A stretch of 34,649 nt of DNA from a virus (Duplodnaviria; Caudoviricetes), in IMG/VR virus record IMGVR_UViG_3300049171_000188, positions 1 to 34,649 of that record; one strand, written 5' to 3'. Below, piece by piece: positions 1 to 10,044 of this stretch. The notes under the pieces were generated by a model. It saw nothing but the letters and a program-made list of their open reading frames with translations. It was not told the origin of the DNA and did no database searches. The stretch's first letter is position 1. Every line of letters begins with the position of its first letter. The translations under genes and the position numbers were made by a program.

Positions 1-405
1 CTAGCGGGGCTCAGGTTCCGGCCGCGCATCCCGAAGCGCTTGCTGTAGCTGGTCGAACTTTTTTTCAAGCGTGGCCTCGATACGGTCCTGACCCCGTTTG
101 ATGGATTCAACGTCCGCCTGCATCCGCACGATGTCGATAGCCTTCTCGCTATCTCTCCGCTCCAACACGTCAATTCGCACGCGGTCGTTCTTCGCGTCGT
201 GCTGCAATTCATGGAGCCTCGCATCCAATAGCCTGTGCTCGGCGTCATGTGTCTCTTTGGCAGCAACACGAGCCTTCTCAGCGGCGGCTTTATCATCTCC
301 CCGGCGCCTATCGAGCCAGCGGGTTCCGAACCCGCCCACGGTCAACACACAGATGATGAGTGCACCGAGTTGGATAAGATTGTTGCTGTCTAGCAGGGGG
401 TTCAT
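1..405 (-). CDS. Membrane-anchored coiled-coil protein, probably lysis module (holin/antiholin-like)
   Basis: N-terminal hydrophobic helix (LIQLGALIICVLTVGGFG) followed by a charged coiled coil; overlaps the stop of the upstream holin-like ORF. Confidence 0.5.
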   Translation of the reverse strand: MNPLLDSNNLIQLGALIICVLTVGGFGTRWLDRRRGDDKAAAEKARVAAKETHDAEHRLLDARLHELQHDAKNDRVRIDVLERRDSEKAIDIVRMQADVESIKRGQDRIEATLEKKFDQLQQALRDARPEPEPR

Positions 406-734
406 AATGGGCCTTCGTGGATGTCGCTGATCGGCATCCCGTCAGTGTAGTTATCCGCGTAGCCCCCGGTCCGAGTCTCAACCTGTAGCTTCCGGCGCCA
501 AGCATAGTTCGAGATAGCGCCCATGTTCGCGATCAGCGCTGCGCCCATCTCTGCCAAGCCTGTGCCGCTGACAGTGACGTAGACGGTCAGGCCAAGGGTC
601 AGCCAGACGCTTAGCTTGGACAATGACAGCACCATGTATGGCCTGTCCGGTTCGAGCAAATTCGCGAAGCGCAGGAAATTGCGGACGGCTAATCGCGCTT
701 GTTTCAAGATGATGATGATGCGTGACCGGTCCAC
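402..734 (-). CDS. Putative holin-like small membrane protein
   Basis: 110 aa, two hydrophobic segments, basic then acidic C-terminus; GTG start 4 nt after ATAAATA. Confidence 0.5.
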   Translation of the reverse strand: MDRSRIIIILKQARLAVRNFLRFANLLEPDRPYMVLSLSKLSVWLTLGLTVYVTVSGTGLAEMGAALIANMGAISNYAWRRKLQVETRTGGYADNYTDGMPISDIHEGPL

Positions 735-738
735 GGCA

Positions 739-745
739 TATTTAT
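739..745 (-). promoter_or_regulatory. ATAAATA late-promoter-like motif
   Basis: CATAAATA, 4 nt before GTG 734. Confidence 0.7.
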
Positions 746-755
746 GGTCACGCTG

Positions 756-762
756 ATAAATA
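756..762 (+). promoter_or_regulatory. ATAAATA late-promoter-like motif
   Basis: GATAAATA, 6 nt before ATG 769; inside inverted repeat CGCTG..CAGCG (751-768). Confidence 0.75.
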
Positions 763-768
763 CCAGCG

Positions 769-1065
769 ATGGCGGAAGGCTTACAAATCTGGGATGCTCA
801 AGGACAATTGGTGTTTGACACCACCACCCGCAACACCAGAATCCTTGGAATCGTAGATATTGGCACCGGGGCTGCGACCGGGTCCGTCACAAACGCTGGC
901 TTTGCCGAAGGCACACCATTTTGGTTCTGCACTGCGCTTAGCTTCAGCACGAACTTAGGCGACTACATCATTTCGCCAACCTTCAGCGTCAGCGGCAATA
1001 CCCTGACTTGGAACTGGCACTCGATGCCTCGGCGATCCTGCCGCCTGATCTTTGGAACCTACTGA
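769..1065 (+). CDS. Small tail-tip protein of the type that follows J in lambdoid phages
   Basis: MAEGLQIWDAQGQLVFD N-terminus and C-terminal LIFGTY resemble small beta-rich tail-tip proteins. Confidence 0.6.
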   Translation: MAEGLQIWDAQGQLVFDTTTRNTRILGIVDIGTGAATGSVTNAGFAEGTPFWFCTALSFSTNLGDYIISPTFSVSGNTLTWNWHSMPRRSCRLIFGTY

Positions 1066-1757
1066 TGTCGTTTGGAATTATGGTCCGGGGCGAGGCAGGC
1101 AACCTGCAAGTTGACGAAAGCGGGTCCTACAGTTTTTTCAAACAGAAGGGCACCGTCACCACCACCGTGCCATTCGGCACCGCCAATCAGGGCGGCAAGG
1201 TCAACACCTATGGCGACATCGTGGTCACCGGCTGCAATTCGCCCATTTTGGCAATTAGATCGAATGTCTGTTGCAGCTACAGCCTGATTTCCACCAGCGG
1301 TTCGACTTGGACCTATCGCGTTTACGCGCTTGGGGCAGCGGGACAGAACACCACCGGAAGCGTCATCACCTACTATGTCTTTGACATCCACCCGCCAGCG
1401 TCGTCATCGCAATATGGCCTGCGGGTCTATCGTCCCGATGGATCAATCGCCTTCGACAGCGATCACCGGGTCATGTCGGTCAAGGATTTCCGCATCTTCG
1501 GCAATGCCAACAACGCGGCAGAGACGTGGGCCTACTCATCGCCTAACCTTGCGTTCGCGATGGCTGCGCCGGGGTCGTTCGACGTGTTCACGCCAACCAT
1601 GGAAACCTACAGCCTCATTGGCGCACGCAACAACGGCAACAACATCATGGTCGAACCAATCGTCTGGCGTTCGACCGATGTCAGCGGCGGACCCTTTCTG
1701 GCCATTACCGGTCAGACCAGCGCGGGTGTCCTGATAGTCGATGTCGCCGGGCTCTGA
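1065..1757 (+). CDS. Tail-tip / receptor-binding accessory protein
   Basis: Start re-assigned to ATG 1065 (TGATG coupling); internal YGLRVYRPDGSIAFDS motif, homologous to the N-terminus of the preceding ORF. Confidence 0.6.
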   Translation: MSFGIMVRGEAGNLQVDESGSYSFFKQKGTVTTTVPFGTANQGGKVNTYGDIVVTGCNSPILAIRSNVCCSYSLISTSGSTWTYRVYALGAAGQNTTGSVITYYVFDIHPPASSSQYGLRVYRPDGSIAFDSDHRVMSVKDFRIFGNANNAAETWAYSSPNLAFAMAAPGSFDVFTPTMETYSLIGARNNGNNIMVEPIVWRSTDVSGGPFLAITGQTSAGVLIVDVAGL

Positions 1758-4700
1758 TTAGAGCGACAGGTTACCCAGTTTGACCCGCAGGACTCCTGCG
1801 TTGTCGAACACCTTGATGACGTTGCTGCTGATTTCCAACCGTGCTCCGCTGGTGGCCGTGCGCATCGTGCCAATGTTGGCGGTGATCGCAGACAGCGATG
1901 TCACGTTCATCTTGGCCGCCGTCACCGCACCCGCTTGGATTTTGTCGGCCGTCACCGAATTAGCTCCGAGCTTTTCGACAGTAACTGCGCCAGCCGTTAT
2001 GTGATTCGACGTGATTCCATTTGCAATAATTTTTGAAGAGGTCACGGCATTCGCCGCAATTTTGTCGGAAACCACTGAGTCGGACGCCAATTTTATTGCC
2101 GTCACGCTCCCCGCGAGCAGCTTATCAGCCGTCACGCTTCCCACCGCCAGCTTTTGTGCAGTTACGGAATTCGTCGCCAATTTGGGTGTGCTGATAGCGT
2201 TGTCAGCCACCTGCGTGCCCGTGATGGTTCCAATGATCTTGGTCGCAGCCAGTTCGTCAATTTGAGCGTTCGACAACTGACCGGTGATCGAAGTTGCCGG
2301 GAGGTTCGCCGCAGTCAACGCCCCCTGCACCTGACTGGCTACGATGGTGCTGCTAGTGTCGATCTGCGCCACCCACGCGGTGCCAGAATAGCTGTAGAGC
2401 TTGTCATTGCTGGTCAAGAAGACGACCCGGCCGACGAACAGATTGCTGGTCGGCAGGGACGACACGATCTCGTAGCCGCCGCGCACCTTCTGCAACGAAA
2501 ACACCACGTCATGGGTCACGCCCGCGAAGGCACCCGAACCCGTGGCCCGGATCGTCAACAAGGCGGTATCAACGGACTCGTAGCCAAACTGACCAGCGGT
2601 GCTGGCAGCGCCGGAAATCGTCATCGTGCGACCGCTGTAGCTGACCGTCAGCCCCTGCGGGTTCGACAGCGTCGAAAGCGTGAAACTCGAACTGACATCG
2701 TTGTTGCCAGACGTGACGCTGACGTTGGCCGACAGTCCGGCATAGCTGGTGACGCCACCGTTCGAATACGATGGCACCTGCCGGGTGTTGGGATGGATGG
2801 CAGCCGTGGTCGCAGGAGTGCCGGGGGCACCATCTTGGACCATGATGATTGGGGCGGTCCATTCGCCCGGCTCGATGGTGTCAGTGTCTAGGACGCTGAC
2901 GGCAGGCGCCTCGATGCGCCACAACGGGTTGCCGTCAGTCGCGACAGCCGCCTGTGACCAACCATTGTTGTGGCCTGTCAAAACGGCTGTGCTGAACCGA
3001 TAGGTGGCCGTCTGGCTCGGAATGGCGGGCATGGTTGCGGAGCGCCGGTAGAGGGCTACCCGCGCCGTGTTCATGCCGTTCTCGCCCGTCAGCTTGGACC
3101 ACTTGTAGTCAGCCGGGTTGTTGGACTCGACCGAAGTTGTCTTGTTGAGCGCGAAACCAATGTAGGTGTGTCCGTTCCAATTCCCGACTGTGAAATTGGT
3201 CAGTCCAAACTCATCGTCGGCGTAGGCCATCCAAATATACTTGTCGTCCGCAACCGTTCCACCTTCGGCCATAAGACCGTAGTTGGCTGACGGCGGCGGG
3301 ATCGTCGAAATATGATCGGCGGTGACGACATAGGTGCTGCCATCGTGGAAGACGAAATCGCCCTCTTGATACGACTGACCGGCTGCCCAAATGCCGCGAT
3401 AGACATTCCGGGTCGGTAGGTTCGGACCAACAATGACACCGCCTGACCAGTCGATTTCGAAGGCCCCGGAAGTTCCCGACAGCACCAGTCGCGGGGTCGT
3501 GACATTGTGAATGGTTCGGTAGCTGATACCGACATCGTAGCTGGTCTTTGGAATGATCGAGGTGATATCGACCGAGGTTGTTTCCTTCGGGAACACCCCG
3601 TGCGAAATCCATTCACTCGCAACCTCCGGCTTGTATTCAATGACAACCTCCCTCGCGTATGGGTTATCGACTGCGCCCGTGATCGTGATGATTGGCGTGC
3701 TGATACCATCGGGCCCAACAAGCTGCGTGCCGGTCGCGACCCATGAGCCCGGCGCCGGAGCCGGGGGATTGGTCGGGTCATATTCATTCAGCGATGGGCT
3801 CTCCGGAGCCACCTGCGACTGACCGAGCGCGAACGGGTGCTTGCCCTCGCTTTCGGCCTTAAGGGTCAGCGTGACCGAGTAGTCGGCAGGCGAGAATTCG
3901 CGCTGAACCACCAGACACTTGATGTTTTCAGCCGCGATTTCGGAGACGTTGACGGTGACGGCATCGCCTACCCTCACATCGAGAAAGCGGCTCTTCACAT
4001 TGGCCGTGAACGTCAGGAACTCGCGCGAGTTACAGAGTTCATAGGTGGCAAGCTGGTGCGCTTGCGCGGCCTGCTGAACCATCGGGAGTTCGACTTCACG
4101 GGTTTTTACGTCGCCTGCGTCCTCATCGACGTAGACTGAACTCGTGACCTGTTCGCCTTGGATCAACTGCCACTGCTGTGACTCTTCGCGGTAAATCGGG
4201 ACTACGGTGTTGTGACGGTCGCGATAGGCGTTGGTGTTCTGAATCGCGATTTCGCCAATGACATCGCCCTTGGTCAGGGTTGTCAGGCTGGTGACCGGAG
4301 CGTTGACCAAGCACGAAATCTGAGCCCCGCGCGCGATGGCGAGGCCGCCCCCGGCCTGTAGGATCGTGGCCAGAACGGCGAACTTGTTATCGTTGCTGGT
4401 GACGACACCGCCGACTTTCCAGCCATTGGCATCAGCGACGTTGGCGCCGCGAACGAAAGCCGGGATGTCGATTTCGGCAGGCTTGGCACCGATGCCGAAC
4501 AGCTTCTTGCCGCCCTCGAACTTGCCGAGGGTCCAGTTCAACGCACAGAGGTAGGGGTTTTCTGAGAACTCCCACGTCGAATAATTGTCTATCCGGTGGG
4601 AGCCGGAGCCACCCGGATATGTGCTGTCCTTGCGGGGGTCGTAGACCTTCTGACCCGACGCCACGAACACGAGCTTGGGCACGCCTTGCGGGAAGGCGTC

Positions 4701-5315
4701 GGCGTTAAACTCGGCTCGCAACAGAGCCATTGCCACGCCGCTGGCCCGGCCGGGAGTGCCGGGCATCACGCCGTAACTGCCTAGCGCGCTATCGAGCGTG
4801 GGAGCGCTTCCGCCGGTCTCGCCAACCAAGTATCGGAGGGCGAACTTGTCACCCGCGTAGAGCTTGGCCGAAGGTGGGGTCGTGCCAGTGACCGTTGACG
4901 CGGCAGCCATGGCATCGCCGCCCAAGGTCAGCAGCAAGTCAGACGCGAAAGTGCTTTCGATGTTGTGGATTGGGCCGCCAACCGACAGCGCCAACGCCAT
5001 ATGGAGGTAGATGTTATCCTTGCCCGAAACTTCGCGATAAACGGTGGTGCCCCCCGTAGCGCTGCGTCCGTAGAGCACCGGCACGCTCGCCGTGGGATCG
5101 AGCTTGGTTTGTAGCTGCTGACCCTGACTGTCAGGTCGCGGAACCTTCATCGTCAGCGCGCTGACCGCCATCAGGGCCACGCCAACCACTGTTGCGGCGG
5201 CGGCCCACGTGATGCTTAAGCCAGCAATCGTGACCATGGCGCCAAGGCCAACGGCGCTGGCGACGGTGCCAGCCGCAAGGAAGAGCCCGCCAACGAGCCC
5301 AAGAGCCATAGGCAT
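1758..5315 (-). CDS. Tail hub / host-specificity protein (J-like central fibre)
   Basis: PVLYGR, KVYDPR and SENPYLC motifs, FN3-like region, C-terminal AVTADKI repeats ending VLRVKLGNL; start re-assigned to ATG 5315 (TAATG coupling). Confidence 0.85.
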   Translation of the reverse strand: MPMALGLVGGLFLAAGTVASAVGLGAMVTIAGLSITWAAAATVVGVALMAVSALTMKVPRPDSQGQQLQTKLDPTASVPVLYGRSATGGTTVYREVSGKDNIYLHMALALSVGGPIHNIESTFASDLLLTLGGDAMAAASTVTGTTPPSAKLYAGDKFALRYLVGETGGSAPTLDSALGSYGVMPGTPGRASGVAMALLRAEFNADAFPQGVPKLVFVASGQKVYDPRKDSTYPGGSGSHRIDNYSTWEFSENPYLCALNWTLGKFEGGKKLFGIGAKPAEIDIPAFVRGANVADANGWKVGGVVTSNDNKFAVLATILQAGGGLAIARGAQISCLVNAPVTSLTTLTKGDVIGEIAIQNTNAYRDRHNTVVPIYREESQQWQLIQGEQVTSSVYVDEDAGDVKTREVELPMVQQAAQAHQLATYELCNSREFLTFTANVKSRFLDVRVGDAVTVNVSEIAAENIKCLVVQREFSPADYSVTLTLKAESEGKHPFALGQSQVAPESPSLNEYDPTNPPAPAPGSWVATGTQLVGPDGISTPIITITGAVDNPYAREVVIEYKPEVASEWISHGVFPKETTSVDITSIIPKTSYDVGISYRTIHNVTTPRLVLSGTSGAFEIDWSGGVIVGPNLPTRNVYRGIWAAGQSYQEGDFVFHDGSTYVVTADHISTIPPPSANYGLMAEGGTVADDKYIWMAYADDEFGLTNFTVGNWNGHTYIGFALNKTTSVESNNPADYKWSKLTGENGMNTARVALYRRSATMPAIPSQTATYRFSTAVLTGHNNGWSQAAVATDGNPLWRIEAPAVSVLDTDTIEPGEWTAPIIMVQDGAPGTPATTAAIHPNTRQVPSYSNGGVTSYAGLSANVSVTSGNNDVSSSFTLSTLSNPQGLTVSYSGRTMTISGAASTAGQFGYESVDTALLTIRATGSGAFAGVTHDVVFSLQKVRGGYEIVSSLPTSNLFVGRVVFLTSNDKLYSYSGTAWVAQIDTSSTIVASQVQGALTAANLPATSITGQLSNAQIDELAATKIIGTITGTQVADNAISTPKLATNSVTAQKLAVGSVTADKLLAGSVTAIKLASDSVVSDKIAANAVTSSKIIANGITSNHITAGAVTVEKLGANSVTADKIQAGAVTAAKMNVTSLSAITANIGTMRTATSGARLEISSNVIKVFDNAGVLRVKLGNLSL

Positions 5316-5743
5316 TAGGCGACCCTCCAAGCGAGGACACAGACGCTGACAGGACCGCGCAGGCACTGACCTTGAGCGAAGCCGATTATGTGCTCGCCAG
5401 CATCGACCGCGACCCCAAGCGCGAGCCACTCATCCCCGTCCTCATCGCCACCCGGAAAGGCCACAAGATCGCCCGGCAGGACGGCGGCCGGGGTGATGCG
5501 CTCGAAGCCCATGGAGTCGATGACATCTTCAGTGCCGGAGTGGCCGAGCCGGAGCATGGCGCGTTTGCAGCCCTTGGCGGTCCGGTAGGCGCGCATCTGG
5601 TTGTAAGGGGTGTCCGGAAAACCGCAGTTCAACAGATGTTGGTGGGCGAGCACGCCGCAATCACGCTCGCCCCACTTGAAATCTTGTTCGTAGAATTGGT
5701 CGATTGTCTGCTGTGTGGCAGCCACCCTCGTGATTAGGTCCAT
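5315..5743 (-). CDS. NlpC/P60-like tail-tip assembly protein
   Basis: FKWGERDCG and PGDLV motifs; position just upstream of J. Confidence 0.75.
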   Translation of the reverse strand: MDLITRVAATQQTIDQFYEQDFKWGERDCGVLAHQHLLNCGFPDTPYNQMRAYRTAKGCKRAMLRLGHSGTEDVIDSMGFERITPAAVLPGDLVAFPGGDEDGDEWLALGVAVDAGEHIIGFAQGQCLRGPVSVCVLAWRVA

Positions 5744-5748
5744 GGCGA

Positions 5749-5755
5749 TATTTAT
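5749..5755 (-). promoter_or_regulatory. ATAAATA late-promoter-like motif in hairpin
   Basis: 5 nt before ATG 5743; inverted repeat GGCGATA-TT-TATCGCC at 5744-5759. Confidence 0.75.
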
Positions 5756-5784
5756 CGCCGCGACCTGTCAGCGATGACGCTTCA

Positions 5785-6444
5785 TCAGAACAGCCCGAGG
5801 AACTTCTTTTTGCTCTTTTTCTGCTGAGTTTCGGCTTGCGTCTGCATCGTTTGGTTCGGGTTGTGGCCTCCCCAAAAGATTTCCCGCGTTGACGCGACAT
5901 TCCAGTCTAACCCGGTCTCGCCGGGCCAAATCGCCTTGTGCCAGACGCCATTCAAACACTCGCCCTCGCTTGGCATGAACAGCCGTTCGAATGCCGACAC
6001 GGTCTCGATTTCGCAGGTCTGTGAGCCGCCCTGAATGGTGCTCTGAACGGTATCGAGGCGACCGCTCCAGAGCAGTTCTGGCGAACCGATGGTGGCACCG
6101 GTCATTTCGTTGACGAGGCCGAACCAAACCCTGACCGGAGAGCCTTGGTTGGTCGGGTCATTGATCGCTGCGAAGGCGATTTCATTTGAGGCCATGAAGG
6201 TCAGGCTGAGTGTCGGAGCACTGTTGGCGATGCGCTCTTCAATCGAGCCAATGGCGCCCAAGAGACCAAAAGCAGTTTCAGCGCCGACGAAGGTGGTTTG
6301 AACCCCATCCACGCTGAATGTCACGACACCTGACCCGTCAATGACGTTTAAGGTGGTGCCATCTAGGAGGTCAAAGCGGACAGCGGCAAAAGCCCGAAGC
6401 GAAGTCTGCTGAAGGGCTGCGAGGAGTGTGGAGTTCAAAGCCAT
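5785..6444 (-). CDS. Minor tail / baseplate hub protein
   Basis: Between distal tail and NlpC-like genes; LLWSGRLD and WPGETGLDW motifs; start re-assigned to ATG 6444 (TGATG coupling). Confidence 0.7.
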   Translation of the reverse strand: MALNSTLLAALQQTSLRAFAAVRFDLLDGTTLNVIDGSGVVTFSVDGVQTTFVGAETAFGLLGAIGSIEERIANSAPTLSLTFMASNEIAFAAINDPTNQGSPVRVWFGLVNEMTGATIGSPELLWSGRLDTVQSTIQGGSQTCEIETVSAFERLFMPSEGECLNGVWHKAIWPGETGLDWNVASTREIFWGGHNPNQTMQTQAETQQKKSKKKFLGLF

Positions 6445-7013
6445 CAGTTGGCCTCCACAATTTCGAAGGTCAGCCCGACGTTCTCCACCATCCCCAAGAC
6501 CCACGATTGCTCGCTGCCCACCAAATAGCCTTCGATTTTGGGCTCGCCGAATTCGATGGTTTCACCGCCTGACAGCGTGGTGCGCAAAGCCGGAATCACG
6601 GTCAGGGTAGAACCCCCGGCCGCCGTAATCATGTGGAGGTAACGGGTGCCATTTTTGACAATCGAGAGGTATTGGCCAACGACCTTTTCAGCGCCGCCGC
6701 CGGAGAACGAGAGGGTGCGCCCGCCAGCATGGGAACCGCTGACACTACCGTTGGCCCACTGGCCCTGATCTAGACCGGGCTGTGGCACCGGGTAGAGGAC
6801 CCGTTGTGCCAGTCCTTCCAACAGTGCCGCAATCACGACACCGGCCTGACTGGCACGCATCGGGCGACAATCGACCTTGATTGCGAAACGGTCACCCAAG
6901 CGGGAGAGCCGCTGTTGCGGCCCTCCCAAGTAAGGTGTGTGGTCTACGGCTGAAGACTTCAGCGTGATTTCGGTAGAGGTGCCTTGCGGCAAAGTCGGGA
7001 GGGTAACTGCCAT
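6444..7013 (-). CDS. Distal tail protein
   Basis: Immediately downstream of tape measure; GGPQQRLSRLGDRF motif. Confidence 0.7.
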   Translation of the reverse strand: MAVTLPTLPQGTSTEITLKSSAVDHTPYLGGPQQRLSRLGDRFAIKVDCRPMRASQAGVVIAALLEGLAQRVLYPVPQPGLDQGQWANGSVSGSHAGGRTLSFSGGGAEKVVGQYLSIVKNGTRYLHMITAAGGSTLTVIPALRTTLSGGETIEFGEPKIEGYLVGSEQSWVLGMVENVGLTFEIVEAN

Positions 7014-7021
7014 CGTGGGGA

Positions 7022-7028
7022 TATTTAT
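7022..7028 (-). promoter_or_regulatory. ATAAATA late-promoter-like motif in hairpin
   Basis: 8 nt before ATG 7013; inverted repeat GGGGATA-TT-TATCCCC at 7017-7032. Confidence 0.75.
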
Positions 7029-7060
7029 CCCCGGCGCCTACTTGGCTGATGGCGTCAGTA

Positions 7061-10018
7061 TTACCGATAAAGGTTCTGTGTGCTCCTCTTGTTCATGTCT
7101 CTCGAAGTCGCACGATGCGCAGCCGCAATCGCTTGCGCCTGTGACTGTGCGATTTCTTGGCGGACCCAACTTGTCAGAACCGCACCGTCTGCGTTCACCG
7201 TGGTGCTGAAATTGTAGACCGGGGCGCCACCGCCAGCCGTGGCAGATGACTGTTTCCAAGCGTTCCGCAGCAGGTTGTTCGGCGCAATCTGGGTTCCGCC
7301 CGGAAGCATCATGAGTTCAGGCCCGGCCTCGCCAACCAACGTCAGCCCGCCGCGCCAGTTGTCAGTTCCAGAGGCGTTCGCCCCGATGTTGGGTCTAGGG
7401 GTTCCACCCAAGCCAATCGAAGCCTTGCCCAATCCCGGCACGCCTAGTGCCATGCCGATGGCCTCAAAGATCACGAACCGGGCGGCCATCTCGATCAGTT
7501 GCGCAATCATGGACTTGGCCATGTCCCCGAAGGCTTCTTGCAGCGACTTGGCGCCCATGACGGCATCGGTCAGGCCGCTGGTGATGTCCTTCAGGGCACC
7601 GTTGGCAATGTCGCCAAGCTGTTCGTTTAGAGTGCCGAAATCCTCGGCTCTGTTGATGATGCGATCCCGAACGCTCGGGTCATCGCCGCGTTGCTGTTCA
7701 GCGAGGTCCCCGGCCTGATCGGTTTGGTCACGCTCAAACATGCCTTGACGCTGCGCCAGCATCCGGTCAATTACGTCTTGAGTGAGCCCGAGCTTTTGCA
7801 TGTCCAGCGCATACTGACGCTGCGCAAGATCGAATTCCTGTTGATCGGCCTGCTGACGGAGCGAGAGGGCTTCATCCTCGTGCCGGTGCTTGCTCTCGAT
7901 AGTTCTGGCCAACTGCGCCCGTTCTTCGAGTTCATCGGCTTCCTGACGCAGGAGGTCGCTGCTGATGGCGACACTCTCCTCATCGATAGCCATTTGCCGT
8001 TCACGACGCGCCACCGCCTGTTCTTCCATGAGGGCAGCCGTCCGCAGAGCCTGATTGACCTGCTCCTGACCGAGGAGGCGTTCGCCAGCCGCCTTCGTGA
8101 TCTGGCCTTCGCGAACTTGACGCTCGATGGCTTCGGTTCGGCTCTGACCCTCAAGGGCCAAGATGTCGTTTTGCAGGACCGTCCGGACATCGAGTGACTC
8201 GGTCAGGGCGAGTTGCAGATTTAGTTGGTCCAACTGCGCTTGCCGGATTTCCTCGCTGGCATCACCCGGCGCACGCGCAGCGGCCCCGCCGCGCTTGTTG
8301 GTCCGGCCTGTTGCGTCAGCGGCGGCCCCTCCAGAACCGCCCGTAGTCATGTGGTCTCGCACGCCCTGTTCGCTCTTGGCGTGGGCAACGATCCTTTCGA
8401 GGTCTTTGACCCGATTTTCCGCCGATTGCAGTTCCGGGTTCTCGCGACTGCGGGCGTTCTCCTGCGACCTACGGGCGGCTTCACGACCTTGAGGCGTCGT
8501 GTAGACACCGACACCAAAGCCCATCCCCCCGGCTGCAATCACGGGGTTCGATCCGGTTGTGTCAGCGGCAGCAGTTTGGCGCCGGTTAGTGAGGTCCACC
8601 CGCGCTTCGGTCAGTTTCGCGTTTGCTTTGTCGTAGGCCAACTGACGCATGGCAGCGGCGGCCAAATAGGTCTTGTCCGCCAGCTTGGTCATATCGAGTG
8701 CGAGGCCCCGCGCCTGTGCACCAGCAACGACGCTCGCCTTCGTGACGTTGTTCGTCGCGTTGGTCATTTCGACGGAGGCTTCGGTCACGATGCCATACCG
8801 AGCGGCCAAGTCAGCGATGACCGCATCGGTTTCAGCGGCTTCCTGCTTGGCCTGCGCAGTGCTGTAAGCCCAATAGGCCGCAGCGGCACCGATGGCGGTC
8901 AGGGCCATACCGAGCGGGCCGCCAAGGACAGCAGAGAGACCGGCAGCGGCACCGCGCGCCGCATTCATTGCCGTTGATCCCAACATCACCGCACGCGTGG
9001 ACGCGCTATAAACGGCAGTGTTCGCGACGATGGCGACAGTGTTGGCGGCCACGGCAGCCGTGGCACGTGCAACGGCCGGGATGAAGCTCGCCGCGTAGAC
9101 CCCCGCGATGATCGCAAGTGCGTTCGCAATCGTCGGCAGGTTCTCGGACAGTTTTTGCAAGACCTGCGTCAAGATCGCGACTGCACCAATGCCCTGATTG
9201 GCTTCACCCACCCATTTTGTGAATGAGTTGCTCACGTTGGTGAATGCCTGACCGAGCGTGGTTGCAGCCTTAGCCGCCTTCTCCTCCAGAATTGGAGCAC
9301 CCTTCAGGATGGCGTCAAAGAACTCTTTGCTGGTGACTTCGCCCTTCTTGACGAGTTGGGTCAGACGACCAACGCTGCCACCGAAACGGTCACTGCCAGC
9401 CGCGACCGCTTCAAGCAGGGGCCGGGCGCCGTCGATAATGCTGTTGTATTCCTCCGCCTGAACCTTGGTCCCGCCAATCACCTGACCAAGCTGTTGCAGA
9501 GCGCCAGACGCGGCAGCGGCACTGCCACCCTGAACCTTAAGAGCCATGGCGACAGCTTCGGTGTAGCGCATCACCTCGAATGACGACGCGCCCAACTCTT
9601 TTGCTGCACCGGCCGCTTTGCCGTAGAGGGCGCCTAACGCCTCAAGCTCCATGTTGTTCTTTTGAGCAACCTCAAAAAGTTGCTCCTGAACTTCGGCTAG
9701 CTGCCAGCTTTCAACCCCGGCCACTTTGAGCGAGTTTGTAAAGCGGGTGTAGACATCAGCCGCGTTCGTGACCGCGCCAACTGAAAAGGCGCCAGCCAAC
9801 ACGGGCGCGAACTGTTTTACTTGCTCGCCAAGCGAGGCAAACTGACGCGAAAGATTGCCCGTGAAGTTCTGGTTTTGCCATGCCTTGGCGGCCCGCTCCC
9901 CCTGAACTTTGATGTTGTTTGCTGCAACGGTGTTGATGCGCTGAAGTTTGCGGAGTTCGCGCTCGAACTGTGAAATATCTGCCGCAAAGCGGGTATTAAG
10001 AAGGGGTTGAGAGGCCAT
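7061..10018 (-). CDS. Tail tape measure protein
   Basis: 985 aa, Ala-rich helical; QLGQ..AEEYNSI tape-measure domain; C-terminal LVGEAGPEL. Confidence 0.92.
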   Translation of the reverse strand: MASQPLLNTRFAADISQFERELRKLQRINTVAANNIKVQGERAAKAWQNQNFTGNLSRQFASLGEQVKQFAPVLAGAFSVGAVTNAADVYTRFTNSLKVAGVESWQLAEVQEQLFEVAQKNNMELEALGALYGKAAGAAKELGASSFEVMRYTEAVAMALKVQGGSAAAASGALQQLGQVIGGTKVQAEEYNSIIDGARPLLEAVAAGSDRFGGSVGRLTQLVKKGEVTSKEFFDAILKGAPILEEKAAKAATTLGQAFTNVSNSFTKWVGEANQGIGAVAILTQVLQKLSENLPTIANALAIIAGVYAASFIPAVARATAAVAANTVAIVANTAVYSASTRAVMLGSTAMNAARGAAAGLSAVLGGPLGMALTAIGAAAAYWAYSTAQAKQEAAETDAVIADLAARYGIVTEASVEMTNATNNVTKASVVAGAQARGLALDMTKLADKTYLAAAAMRQLAYDKANAKLTEARVDLTNRRQTAAADTTGSNPVIAAGGMGFGVGVYTTPQGREAARRSQENARSRENPELQSAENRVKDLERIVAHAKSEQGVRDHMTTGGSGGAAADATGRTNKRGGAAARAPGDASEEIRQAQLDQLNLQLALTESLDVRTVLQNDILALEGQSRTEAIERQVREGQITKAAGERLLGQEQVNQALRTAALMEEQAVARRERQMAIDEESVAISSDLLRQEADELEERAQLARTIESKHRHEDEALSLRQQADQQEFDLAQRQYALDMQKLGLTQDVIDRMLAQRQGMFERDQTDQAGDLAEQQRGDDPSVRDRIINRAEDFGTLNEQLGDIANGALKDITSGLTDAVMGAKSLQEAFGDMAKSMIAQLIEMAARFVIFEAIGMALGVPGLGKASIGLGGTPRPNIGANASGTDNWRGGLTLVGEAGPELMMLPGGTQIAPNNLLRNAWKQSSATAGGGAPVYNFSTTVNADGAVLTSWVRQEIAQSQAQAIAAAHRATSRDMNKRSTQNLYR

Positions 10019-10022
10019 CTCA

Positions 10023-10029
10023 TATTTAT
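10023..10029 (-). promoter_or_regulatory. ATAAATA motif in a long hairpin covering the TMP start codon
   Basis: 4 nt before ATG 10018; GAGGCCAT-CTCATA-TT-TATGAG-A-ATGGCCTC at 10011-10041. Confidence 0.8.
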
Positions 10030-10044
10030 GAGAATGGCCTCAAC

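Noticed and set aside
1900-2280. Tandem repeats as DGR template/variable repeat
   Set aside because: They are protein-level 10-residue fibre repeats; no reverse transcriptase or adenine-specific repeat pair seen
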